Made by a program: the position numbers and the translations under genes
Notes under the pieces: model-generated
What the model was told of the DNA's origin: nothing
Seen by the model: only the letters and a program-made list of their open reading frames with translations
Databases searched by the model: none
Shown here: positions 15,937 to 24,168 of the stretch, piece by piece
Layout: each line of letters opens with the position of its first letter
Position numbering within the stretch: position 1 is the stretch's first letter
From: Verrucomicrobiota bacterium
Lineage (GTDB): Bacteria; Verrucomicrobiota; Verrucomicrobiia; Limisphaerales; UBA11358
DNA length: 32,009 nucleotides
Assembly: GCA_021323835.1 (NCBI GenBank)
Contig: JAJPKI010000194.1
Coordinates: forward strand, 1 to 32,009
Direction: 5' to 3'

Positions 15937-18552
15937 ATGACAACCTTAACTTCTACACGTTTAATAAAAACAATTCTTACAATTGTTCTGACCGTTTCGG
16001 CGGTTGAAACGGTTTCCGCCGCCGATTCGCCGCCTGCCGCGACGCAGCGCAGCGAAGGCAGGCGCGAAAAAGTTTTGATGGATTTTGGCTGGCGATTTCA
16101 TTTGGGTGATGCGCCGGATGCGGGAAAGCAATTCGATTATCCGGAAGTCAAAGACCTCGCCAAGACACGCGGTGACGAAATCGGAAAGGAAGGAACTTTG
16201 GCCGCGATGTTGCCCGACCCGCCGATAGAGGAATTGGGAATTAACGTTTCATTTGTTCAGCCGGATTTCAATGACAATGACTGGCGACCATTGGATTTGC
16301 CGCACGATTGGGCTGTGGAATTGCCATTCGCCACCAATGGCCTTACCGGCATCAATGGCACCAATGGCACAAGCGATAATGATGTGAATGAAATTAGCGG
16401 CACAGCTGCAAAAGACCTTGTCAGTCATGGTTTTAAAGCGGTCGGCCCTTTGTTTCCGCAAAATAGCATCGGCTGGTATCGCAAAGAATTTAATTTGCCA
16501 GTAGGCGACAAAGGCAAAACTCTTTGGCTCGATTTCGACGGTGTTTATCGCAATTCACTCGTCTGGCTGAATGGCCATTGTCTCGGAAGACATTTGAGTG
16601 GTTACAACAGTTTTCGCTACGACATCAGCCAATTTGCGAATTACGGCGGCAAAAATGTTTTGGTCGTGCGCGTGGATGCCTCGCGGTTTGAAGGCTGGTT
16701 TTACGAGGGCGCTGGAATTTATCGTCATGTGTGGTTGAAAAAAACTGCGGCGATTGCGATTGCACCGGATGGAATTTTTGTATGGAGCGAATTTTCAAAT
16801 AACGTGCCGCAAGGACAGGCATTGATTCAATTGCGGGCGACGGTCACAAACGCGGCACAAAATTCAGCCGACGCTGAAGTTAAAGTTGATTGGGACATCA
16901 TTGCGCCGGATGGCAAAACAATTCGCGAAGGTGGTGCGCATGAAACGGAAGACGTTCAACCGAATTCAGAAACGCAATTCAGCCGCGAAATTGGAATCAA
17001 TTCGCCGGTTTTCTGGTCGCCCGAAAATCCAAAGCTTTACAAACTCATCACGACGGTTGAGAGCAGCGGCAAAATTATTGACCGAAAGGAAACCGAATTT
17101 GGCATCCGCACGATTGCTTTCGATGCAACCAATGGATTTTTATTGAACGGCAAACCGTATCTTATCAAAGGTGTTTGCAATCATCAGGATTTTGCCGGTG
17201 TCGGAACGGCTGTGCCGGATGCGATTGAGTATTATCGCGTGGAAAAGCTGAAAGAAATGGGCTGCAACGCCTGGCGCACCGCGCATAACCCGCCGAACCC
17301 TGAATTGTTGGAAGCTTGTGACCGGCTGGGAATGTTGGTCATGGACGAAAATCGTCGCATGGACACGAACGCCGAAACGCTCGATGACCTTAAAGAAATG
17401 ATTTTGCGAGACCGGAATCATCCGAGTGTCTTTATCTGGTCGCTCGGTAATGAAGAACCATTGGCCGGCGCAAGCTCGGGTGCCGGCATCGCCACGGTGA
17501 TGCAGGACGTTGCTCACAAGCTCGACCCGACGCGGCTTTGCACCGTAGCAATGTATGGAGGCGTGGGTGGCAACGAGGGAATTTCCACGGTGATTGACGT
17601 GCAAGGAATTAATTATCATACGACAAAAATTGACGGCTATCACGCCAAACATCTCTCGCAACCCATTGTTGGCACGGAAACCGCCAGCACAGTCACGACG
17701 CGCGGCATTTATGCCGATGATAAAGAGCAAGGTTACATGAGCGCTTATGGCGATGGACATCCCAGTTGGGGCGCGAAGCCGTGGGATTGGTGGCCGTTTT
17801 ACGCGACAAATTCATTTGCCAGCGGCGGATTTGTCTGGACGGGATTTGATTATCGCGGCGAGCCGACGCCGTATAAATGGCCGTGTATCAATTCGCATTT
17901 TGGTTTGATGGACACGTGCGGTTTTCCAAAGGACATTTATTACTACTATCAATCATGGTGGCAGAATAAACCGGTGCTACATATCACAACACATTGGAAT
18001 TGGCCGGGCGGGAAAGGCAAAACAAATTTGGTGCGCGTCTTTAGTAATTGCAAAGAAGTTGAATTGTTTTTGAACGGCAAAAGTCTCGGCAGACAATCCA
18101 TGCAGCCCAACAGTTATCTTGACTGGAACGTGATTTATGAGCCGGGGACTTTGAGCGCGAGAGGTTTTGATGCACATGGGAAAATGATTGCCGAAAGCAA
18201 AGTGGAAACCACCGGCGCGCCTGCGGCCATTCAACTTTCACCCAGCCAAAAAATTATCAACGCTGACGGTAAAGATTGCAGCATCGTGAATGTTTCAGTT
18301 GTGGATTCAAAAGGACGTGTTGTTCCGGTTGCGGACAATTTAATTCATTTTGAATTGGATGGACCGGGAAAAATCATCGGTGTAGGCAATGGTGACCCGA
18401 GCAGCCACGAACCCGACAAGGCAAATCAAAGAAAGGTATTCAATGGCTTAGCGCAAGTCATCGTGCAAGCAACCGAGAAAGCTGGAACGATTAAATTAAC
18501 TGCAACGGCGACTAATTTAATGACGGCAACGACCACAATTTCAGTCAAATGA
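15937..18552 (+). CDS. Glycoside hydrolase family 2 (beta-galactosidase/beta-glucuronidase-like)
   Basis: Signal peptide ends VETVSAADS. GH2 motifs: DWRPLDLPHDW, VCNHQDFAGVG, NAWRTAHNPPNPELLEACDRLGMLVMDE, and RDRNHPSVFIWSLGNEE (acid/base Glu). C-terminal Ig-like domains are present. Confidence 0.9.
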   Translation: MTTLTSTRLIKTILTIVLTVSAVETVSAADSPPAATQRSEGRREKVLMDFGWRFHLGDAPDAGKQFDYPEVKDLAKTRGDEIGKEGTLAAMLPDPPIEELGINVSFVQPDFNDNDWRPLDLPHDWAVELPFATNGLTGINGTNGTSDNDVNEISGTAAKDLVSHGFKAVGPLFPQNSIGWYRKEFNLPVGDKGKTLWLDFDGVYRNSLVWLNGHCLGRHLSGYNSFRYDISQFANYGGKNVLVVRVDASRFEGWFYEGAGIYRHVWLKKTAAIAIAPDGIFVWSEFSNNVPQGQALIQLRATVTNAAQNSADAEVKVDWDIIAPDGKTIREGGAHETEDVQPNSETQFSREIGINSPVFWSPENPKLYKLITTVESSGKIIDRKETEFGIRTIAFDATNGFLLNGKPYLIKGVCNHQDFAGVGTAVPDAIEYYRVEKLKEMGCNAWRTAHNPPNPELLEACDRLGMLVMDENRRMDTNAETLDDLKEMILRDRNHPSVFIWSLGNEEPLAGASSGAGIATVMQDVAHKLDPTRLCTVAMYGGVGGNEGISTVIDVQGINYHTTKIDGYHAKHLSQPIVGTETASTVTTRGIYADDKEQGYMSAYGDGHPSWGAKPWDWWPFYATNSFASGGFVWTGFDYRGEPTPYKWPCINSHFGLMDTCGFPKDIYYYYQSWWQNKPVLHITTHWNWPGGKGKTNLVRVFSNCKEVELFLNGKSLGRQSMQPNSYLDWNVIYEPGTLSARGFDAHGKMIAESKVETTGAPAAIQLSPSQKIINADGKDCSIVNVSVVDSKGRVVPVADNLIHFELDGPGKIIGVGNGDPSSHEPDKANQRKVFNGLAQVIVQATEKAGTIKLTATATNLMTATTTISVK

Positions 18553-18701
18553 ATGTATTATTTTTCTGTAACGGATTAAACCCCCAAGCAGATTGCTTCC
18601 AGTAAAACTTCCAGTAACTGCATATCAAAACATAAACATGCAGCCGAAATCTGTTCTGGTCAATCCCGGCCATTTCCCATGTGCAGCGAAGGCCACCTAA
18701 A

Positions 18702-19091
18702 ATGAAAGGTGTCCATGAAAAACAGATTCCGGCTGTGCAAACGCGGGAAAATTTTTTACAGCCTGATTCAGAAACCGGCAAACGTGAATCCGATCGGCAA
18801 AAAGCGGCTCAAATTATCCGCGCAAAGAATGACGCCGCGACACGTCCGGTTTCGATTAACCTGACCCTTGCCAAAGCGTATTTGCTTGCTGCTGACCCAA
18901 AGTTGATGGAGCGAACCTGGTCGCTTTTGATGGAAGAATTTTGTTCCATCGGCAAAGAATCCACACGGCTGCGCCGGCGTCGGGCAATAAAAAGTTCAGT
19001 TTATGATTCCATCCGAAATAAAAAATTAATTGAGACAACTGGCGATGACCTTCGGCTTGTTCTCAAATCGGGCGGCAACTTTGAACCCTAG
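18702..19091 (+). CDS. Hypothetical protein; possible N-terminal fragment of a tyrosine integrase
   Basis: ATG at 18702 in ORF 18681..19091. The segment LTLAKAYLLAADPKLMERTWSLLMEEF...RRRRAIKSSVYDSIRNKKLIETTGDDLRLVLKSGG resembles, from memory only, the N-terminal core-binding region of PVC-type integrases. No catalytic domain follows. Its stop shares the tetranucleotide CTAG (19088-19091) with the convergent LysR gene. Confidence 0.35.
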   Translation: MKGVHEKQIPAVQTRENFLQPDSETGKRESDRQKAAQIIRAKNDAATRPVSINLTLAKAYLLAADPKLMERTWSLLMEEFCSIGKESTRLRRRRAIKSSVYDSIRNKKLIETTGDDLRLVLKSGGNFEP

Positions 19092-19990
19092 AATAAATTG
19101 GTCGCCGATTCGCACAAGCCGATGAAAGTTTCTTCCGCCAGATTCAATCGCCTGCCGCGCCAATGTAAAATTCCCCAGCGACGCTGAAGCTTTCGTCGTC
19201 CCAACGGCAGGGCCACGAGCGAGCCTTCGTCAATTTCCTTTCGCGCGACCCATTGCGCCAGAATGCTGACGCCCAATCCAAGTTTCACCAATTCCTTCGT
19301 CGCTTCCATGCTGCCGACTTCGATGACGGTATTGAGCACCATTTGCTCGCGCCGAAAATAATCTTCCACGAGTCGGAACGTGACGCTGTTTTTGCTGTAA
19401 AGAATGAAACTTTGTTTCGGAATTTCCGCGCGCTCGATGCGTTTGGATTGCGCCCATGGATGTTGCGTGCCGACGAGAAAAAATAATTCGTCTGCGAACA
19501 ACGGATGAAATTCCAATTGCGGTTCATTTCCCGGATCGAGCGAAAGCGCCAGGTCAATGCGATGCTGCAACAACGACGAAACCATGCCGCGCGTGTCGTT
19601 CGGCTCGATGCTAATCGCGTGTTCGGGAAAACTTTCTTTGAATTCGCGCAACACCGGCGGAATGATGTGCTGGCAAGCCGTCGTGCTCGCGCCCAAACGC
19701 AATCGCCCTTTTCCCCATTTCCCGAGATGCCCGAGCGACTCGCGCACGCCATTCATTTCGCGCAAAATTTTTTGCGCCGATTGCAAAAGCTGTTCGCCCG
19801 CCTGCGTCAGCGCAATTTTTTTGCCCAACCTGTTCAAAAGCAGACAGCCCACATCGCGTTCCAGCGCCTTCATCGAGTGGCTGACGCCCGATTGCGTCAG
19901 ATGAAGCTCGCGCGCTGTCTGCGTGAAACTGCCCGTGCGCGCCAAAACACAAAACGCGCGCAACTGCCTGCTGTCAATCGGTGCATTCAT
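19088..19990 (-). CDS. LysR-family transcriptional regulator (candidate nitrate-assimilation regulator)
   Basis: An internal ATG (complement of 19988-19990) of ORF 19088..20509 gives MNAPIDSRQLRAFCVLARTGSFTQTARELHLTQSGVSHSMKALERDVGCLLLNRLGKKIALTQAGEQLL. This is the canonical LysR wHTH, followed by a substrate-binding domain of about 200 aa. Divergent from the nitrate operon. Confidence 0.9.
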   Translation of the reverse strand: MNAPIDSRQLRAFCVLARTGSFTQTARELHLTQSGVSHSMKALERDVGCLLLNRLGKKIALTQAGEQLLQSAQKILREMNGVRESLGHLGKWGKGRLRLGASTTACQHIIPPVLREFKESFPEHAISIEPNDTRGMVSSLLQHRIDLALSLDPGNEPQLEFHPLFADELFFLVGTQHPWAQSKRIERAEIPKQSFILYSKNSVTFRLVEDYFRREQMVLNTVIEVGSMEATKELVKLGLGVSILAQWVARKEIDEGSLVALPLGRRKLQRRWGILHWRGRRLNLAEETFIGLCESATNLF

Positions 19991-20038
19991 ATATGAATCA
20001 AATTCATTTTTTCCATGCGCATTACGCGGAGCATTCAT
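19985..20038. promoter_or_regulatory. Divergent promoter/operator with ATTCAT/ATGAAT half-site array (LysR T-N11-A box)
   Basis: Half-sites: ATTCAT 19985-19990, ATGAAT 19993-19998, ATTCAT 20002-20007 and ATTCAT 20033-20038. ATGAATCAAATTCAT (19993-20007) is a perfect 15-bp palindrome containing T-N11-A (T19994...A20006). ATGCGCAT is a palindrome at 20015-20022. All lie in the 58-bp gap between the divergent start codons. Confidence 0.55.
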
Positions 20039-20048
20039 CGCGCCAAAA

Positions 20049-21212
20049 ATGAAACATGGCACGTTCGCCGCTAATCTTTCGCGCAGCGATGAAAATTTGC
20101 CGCGCGTGATTAAAAAAATATCCATCGCAAAAACTGCGAGTCCGCATTCCAAAAAATTGCGACTCGGTTTCGTGCCGTTGACCGATTGCGCGCCACTGGT
20201 GATGGCGCAGGAACTTGGCCTGTTCAAAAAATTCGGACTCGACGTTGTTTTGAGCCGCGAACTCGGCTGGGCGACCATCCGCGACAAAATCATCCATCGC
20301 GAACTGGACGCCGCGCACGCCGTCGCCGGAATGCCGTTCGCCGCGACGCTCGGACTTGGCTCCGTCCAATGCGATTGTCTCACCGCACTCGTTTTGAATT
20401 TGCACGGCAACGCTATCACGCTTTCAAACGATTTGTGGGAACGCGGCGTTCGCGACGGCGAGACGTTGCGGAAAGAAATTCTGAAAACGCGCCGCGAAAA
20501 AACGTTCACGTTCGGCGTCGTCTATCCGTTTTCATCGCACAATTTTCTTTTGCGCGGCTGGCTGGCGCGCGTGGGAATTATTCCCGACCGCGACGTGCGC
20601 ATCGTCGTCGTGCCGCCGCCGCAAATGGTCGCGAATCTTAAGGCCGGACATCTCGATGGCTTTTGCGTCGGCGAACCGTGGAATTCCGTCGCCGTGCAAT
20701 CGCGCGTGGGCTGGTGCATCGCCGCGAGCGCGGAATTGGATTTCGGTCATCCGGAAAAAGTTTTGATGGTTCGCGGCGAATTTGCCGGAAAACGAAACGA
20801 AGAACATCTCGCGCTCATTGCCGCGCTGCTTGAAGCGTGCGAATTTTGCGACGCGCCGGAAAATCACGAGCAGATTGTCGCCACACTCGCGCGTCGCGAA
20901 TACATCGGCGCGACGGAAGCAGCATTGCGCCGCAGTTTCAGCGGCGAATTTGATTTCGGCCACGACCTCACGCGCACCGTTCCCGATTTCACAGTTTTTC
21001 ATCGCTACGAGGCCAACGAGCCGTGCGGGAAAAAAGCCGCGTGGGTCATTCAACATTTGCGCGACAGCGGACTTTGCAAAGACGCGAACGCACTAAATTT
21101 CGCGCTCAGCAAAAAAGTTTTTCGCGCGGACATTTTTGAAAGAGCCGTTCGGCTTCACAATTCCAATCCAACTCCAAAAAATGAAACAGAAAAACAAACC
21201 GTCCTCGTCTAA
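20049..21212 (+). CDS. NrtA/NasS-like nitrate/nitrite-binding protein without signal peptide (cytoplasmic sensor candidate)
   Basis: ATG at 20049 in ORF 19923..21212. The N-terminus MKHGTFAANLSRSDENLPRVIKK has no hydrophobic or Tat signal. The core LRLGFVPLTDCAPLVMAQELGLFKKFGLDVVLSRELGWATIRDKIIHRELDAAH and VVPPPQMVANLKAGHLDGFCVGEPWN are paralogous to the next gene (NrtA) and typical of the NrtA/CmpA/NasS family. Confidence 0.85.
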   Translation: MKHGTFAANLSRSDENLPRVIKKISIAKTASPHSKKLRLGFVPLTDCAPLVMAQELGLFKKFGLDVVLSRELGWATIRDKIIHRELDAAHAVAGMPFAATLGLGSVQCDCLTALVLNLHGNAITLSNDLWERGVRDGETLRKEILKTRREKTFTFGVVYPFSSHNFLLRGWLARVGIIPDRDVRIVVVPPPQMVANLKAGHLDGFCVGEPWNSVAVQSRVGWCIAASAELDFGHPEKVLMVRGEFAGKRNEEHLALIAALLEACEFCDAPENHEQIVATLARREYIGATEAALRRSFSGEFDFGHDLTRTVPDFTVFHRYEANEPCGKKAAWVIQHLRDSGLCKDANALNFALSKKVFRADIFERAVRLHNSNPTPKNETEKQTVLV

Positions 21213-22464
21213 TTTTTCACGCCGCGATTTTCTCGGCAAAGCCGCCAAAGGCATCACGCTCACCGCGCTTTTTGCTGGATTGCCTAAATCATGGGTCGGC
21301 AGCGTTTATGCCAGCGACGCTCCGGAAACGGCCGCGCTGAATTTCGGCATGATTGCGCTGACGGATTGCTCGCCCATCGTCATCGCGCACGAAAAAGGAT
21401 TTTTCAAAAAATACGGCATCAATTCCACCGTGACGAAAGGCGCGAATTGGGCGGCCATCCGCGACAATCTTTCGAGCGGCACGATTCAAGCCACGCACAT
21501 GCTCATCGGAATGCCGATTGCAAGCACGATGGGCCTCGCCGGTTCGCCGAAGAAACCGATGATTATTCCGTGGCTGATGAATCGCAATGGCCAGGCGATT
21601 TCACTCAAGACAGAATGGAAAGGAAAAGTTGGAGCGGACCCGAAAGCCTTGATGCCGTTTGTGAAGCAAGCGCAGTCGCTCGGCGAGCCGTTGACGTTCG
21701 CGATGACATTTCCTCCGGGCACGCACGCGATGTGGATGCGCTATTACCTCGGCGCAGGCGGCATCAATCCCGACAAAGATATTTCGCTCATCGTCGTTCC
21801 GCCGGCGCAAATGGTCGCGAACATGAAGATTGGAAAAATGGACGGCTTCTGCGTTGGCGAACCGTGGGGCGCGCGCGCGATTGCCGATGGAATTGGTTTC
21901 ACTTCCGTTTCCACGCAAGACATGTGGCGCGACCATCCCGAAAAAGTTTGCGCGTTTCTTGCCGAATTTGCCGACAAAAATCCGAACACGGTCAAGGCGG
22001 TTTTGAAAGCATTGAACGAAGCGAGCGTATGGCTCGACGATTTGAACAATCGCCCGGAGCAATGCGACATCGTTTCGCGCCCGACTTACATCAATTGCGA
22101 CGCCAAGACAATTCTCGGACGGTTGCAAGGTCACTACGATTACGGCGACGGTCGCAAAATTGAAGACCCGAACTACATGATTTTCAGCAGCCGCAATTGC
22201 AATTATCCGCAGCCGAAATATGCCAAATGGTTTCTCACGCAATATCGCCGATGGGGACTTGTTCACGGCGCGCCGGATTACGACGGCATCGCGAAGCAAG
22301 TCATGCGCCCGGACATTTACGAAGAAGCGATGAAAGAAATCGGCTACACGCACGGCGGCATGAACAACGACAAGGAAACGCTGTTCGACGGCGCGACGTT
22401 CGACCCGACCGGCGATTTGGAGGCTTACGCAAAAAGTTTTGCGGTCAACAACGTGAAAGGCTGA
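21181..22464 (+). CDS. nrtA: Nitrate ABC transporter substrate-binding protein with twin-arginine signal
   Basis: ATG at 21181 gives MKQKNKPSSSNFSRRDFLGKAAKGITLTALFAGL (Tat motif SRRDFLG). NrtA-family core: LNFGMIALTDCSPIVIAHEKGFFKKYGINSTVTKGANWAAIRDNL and VVPPAQMVANMKIGKMDGFCVGEPWG. Overlaps the upstream gene by 32 nt. Confidence 0.9.
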   Translation: MKQKNKPSSSNFSRRDFLGKAAKGITLTALFAGLPKSWVGSVYASDAPETAALNFGMIALTDCSPIVIAHEKGFFKKYGINSTVTKGANWAAIRDNLSSGTIQATHMLIGMPIASTMGLAGSPKKPMIIPWLMNRNGQAISLKTEWKGKVGADPKALMPFVKQAQSLGEPLTFAMTFPPGTHAMWMRYYLGAGGINPDKDISLIVVPPAQMVANMKIGKMDGFCVGEPWGARAIADGIGFTSVSTQDMWRDHPEKVCAFLAEFADKNPNTVKAVLKALNEASVWLDDLNNRPEQCDIVSRPTYINCDAKTILGRLQGHYDYGDGRKIEDPNYMIFSSRNCNYPQPKYAKWFLTQYRRWGLVHGAPDYDGIAKQVMRPDIYEEAMKEIGYTHGGMNNDKETLFDGATFDPTGDLEAYAKSFAVNNVKG

Positions 22465-22465
22465 A

Positions 22466-23251
22466 ATGAAATCGTTCAAATTGGATTGGCTCGTGCTGCC
22501 GCTCATCGGCGCGGGAATTGTTTTGTTGCTCTGGCAAATTTCTTCCGCGACATGGGCAAAAGAATTGCCGTCGCCGCTCAAAACATGGGAGACGAGCAAA
22601 CCTTACATCGTCGAGCCGTTCGCCAAACGCGGCGAAATGGACCAGGGCATTTTGCGATTCACGTGGTATTCGCTGATTCTCGTCGCAAAAGGTTACGCGC
22701 TCGCGCTGCTCATCGGCACGCCGCTTGGATTTTTTCTTGGACTTTCAAAAACGTTCACAAAAATTTTCGACCCGATAATCCAAGTGCTTCGTCCCGTTTC
22801 GCCGCTGGCATGGCTGCCGCTCGGATTGGTTTTGTTCATGGGCGCGGGAAAAAATGCTTCCGAACTCGGCGCGCTGTTCACCATCGCCATTTGCGCGATG
22901 TGGCCGACGGTTTTGAACACCGCCGTCGGCGTGCGCGCGATTCCGCAGGATTATTTGAACGTCGCCAAAGTTTTGAAACTCTCGCGCACGAAAACACTTT
23001 TCAAAGTCCTGATTCCTGCGGCGCTGCCGTATATGTTCACGGGATTTCGTTTGAGCCTCGGCATCGCGTGGCTCGTCATCGTCGCGGCTGAAATGCTCAC
23101 GGGTCGCCCCGGCGTCGGCGGATTTCTCTGGCAGGAATACAACTCGCTCATCTACGAGCACATCATCCTTTGCATCATCACGATTGGTGTCGTGGGTTTT
23201 GTCCTCGACCGATTGATGAGCTTGGCGGAAAGCAAATTCAAAACAGCATAA
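22466..23251 (+). CDS. nrtB: Nitrate ABC transporter permease
   Basis: 261 aa with about 6 TM segments. The binding-protein-dependent transport inner-membrane signature region is AKVLKLSRTKTLFKVLIPAALPYMFTGFRLSLGIAW. The ATG lies 2 nt after the nrtA stop. Confidence 0.9.
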   Translation: MKSFKLDWLVLPLIGAGIVLLLWQISSATWAKELPSPLKTWETSKPYIVEPFAKRGEMDQGILRFTWYSLILVAKGYALALLIGTPLGFFLGLSKTFTKIFDPIIQVLRPVSPLAWLPLGLVLFMGAGKNASELGALFTIAICAMWPTVLNTAVGVRAIPQDYLNVAKVLKLSRTKTLFKVLIPAALPYMFTGFRLSLGIAWLVIVAAEMLTGRPGVGGFLWQEYNSLIYEHIILCIITIGVVGFVLDRLMSLAESKFKTA

Positions 23252-23256
23252 TTGCA

Positions 23257-24168
23257 ATGGCCTTTCTCGAATTAAAAAATGTCAGCAAAGGTTTTGGTGC
23301 GAACGGAAGTCGCGCTGAAGTTTTGCGCGACATCAATCTGCAAATCGAAAAAGGCGAATTCGTCGCCATCGTCGGATTTTCCGGCGCAGGCAAAACGACG
23401 TTGATTTCGCTGATTGCCGGTTTGCTCAAAGCCGACAGCGGAAATCTGACGCTCAACGATTTAGAAATCACCGCGCCCGGCCCTGACCGCGGAATTGTTT
23501 TCCAAAATTATTCGCTGCTGCCGTGGCTTTCGGTGTTTGAAAATATTTTTCTCGCGGTCGAAGCCGTGAATCCCAATTGGTCGCCGCAAAAGAAAAAGGA
23601 GCACGTCGAAAAATACATCGCGATAGTTAACCTCACACCCGCGCGCGACAAAAAGCCGGGCGAACTTTCCGGCGGCATGAGGCAGCGCGTTTCCGTTGCG
23701 CGCGCGCTGGCGATGAATCCGCAAATTCTTTTGCTCGACGAACCGCTTTCGGCGCTTGACGCGCTGACCCGCGCGACATTGCAGGACGAAATTTCCCGCA
23801 TTTGGTCGGAAGATAAAAAAACCGTCGTGATGATTACCAACGACCCTGACGAAGGAATTTTATTGGCCGACAGGATTATTCCATTGAGCGCCGGGCCGGG
23901 CGCGACGCTCGGGCATGCGATTCAAATTGATATTCCGCGTCCGCGCGACCGTAAAGCCATCAATCACGAGCCGCGCTTCAAGGAAATTCGCCGTGAAATC
24001 ATTGAGTATTTGCTCAATTCAAAAGGCGAGCACCACGCGACGCTGACGAAAAAATTAATTTTGCCGGACATCGAGCCGGAAGATTTGTCGCTGCCGCGCC
24101 ATGCGCTCGGCGGTCGAACAAAACCGATTCGCCGCCGCGAAGTGAAAGAAATCGAGGTGAGCGCATGA
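23257..24168 (+). CDS. nrtC: Nitrate ABC transporter ATP-binding protein
   Basis: ATG at 23257 in ORF 23170..24168. Walker [11 protein letters not shown]-loop, signature [15 protein letters not shown], Walker [13 protein letters not shown]. It lacks the NrtA-like C-terminal regulatory domain of cyanobacterial NrtC. Confidence 0.88.
   Translation: MAFLELKNVSKGFGANGSRAEVLRDINLQIEKGEFVAIVGFSGAGKTTLISLIAGLLKADSGNLTLNDLEITAPGPDRGIVFQNYSLLPWLSVFENIFLAVEAVNPNWSPQKKKEHVEKYIAIVNLTPARDKKPGELSGGMRQRVSVARALAMNPQILLLDEPLSALDALTRATLQDEISRIWSEDKKTVVMITNDPDEGILLADRIIPLSAGPGATLGHAIQIDIPRPRDRKAINHEPRFKEIRREIIEYLLNSKGEHHATLTKKLILPDIEPEDLSLPRHALGGRTKPIRRREVKEIEVSA

Noticed and set aside
7121-18241. Antisense or out-of-frame ORFs inside the giant gene, the GH95 gene and the GH2 gene, for example 7436..7927(-), 7647..8051(-), 9579..9968(-), 15078..15701(-) and 17140..17760(-).
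   Set aside because: They have no motifs and lie entirely within well-supported CDSs. The repeat-rich, stop-poor sequence explains them.
18553-18701. I looked for a tRNA or att-like sequence next to the integrase-like fragment. A 6-bp inverted repeat CTGCAT…ATGCAG lies near 18620-18645.
   Set aside because: No cloverleaf-compatible arms or T-loop consensus (GGTTCGAATCC-like) are visible. The small inverted repeat alone is not informative.
19991-20509. 173-codon N-terminal extension of the LysR ORF on the minus strand.
   Set aside because: It overlaps the NasS-like CDS in antisense and is Ser/Arg/Ala-rich. The canonical LysR HTH begins right after the internal Met at 19990.
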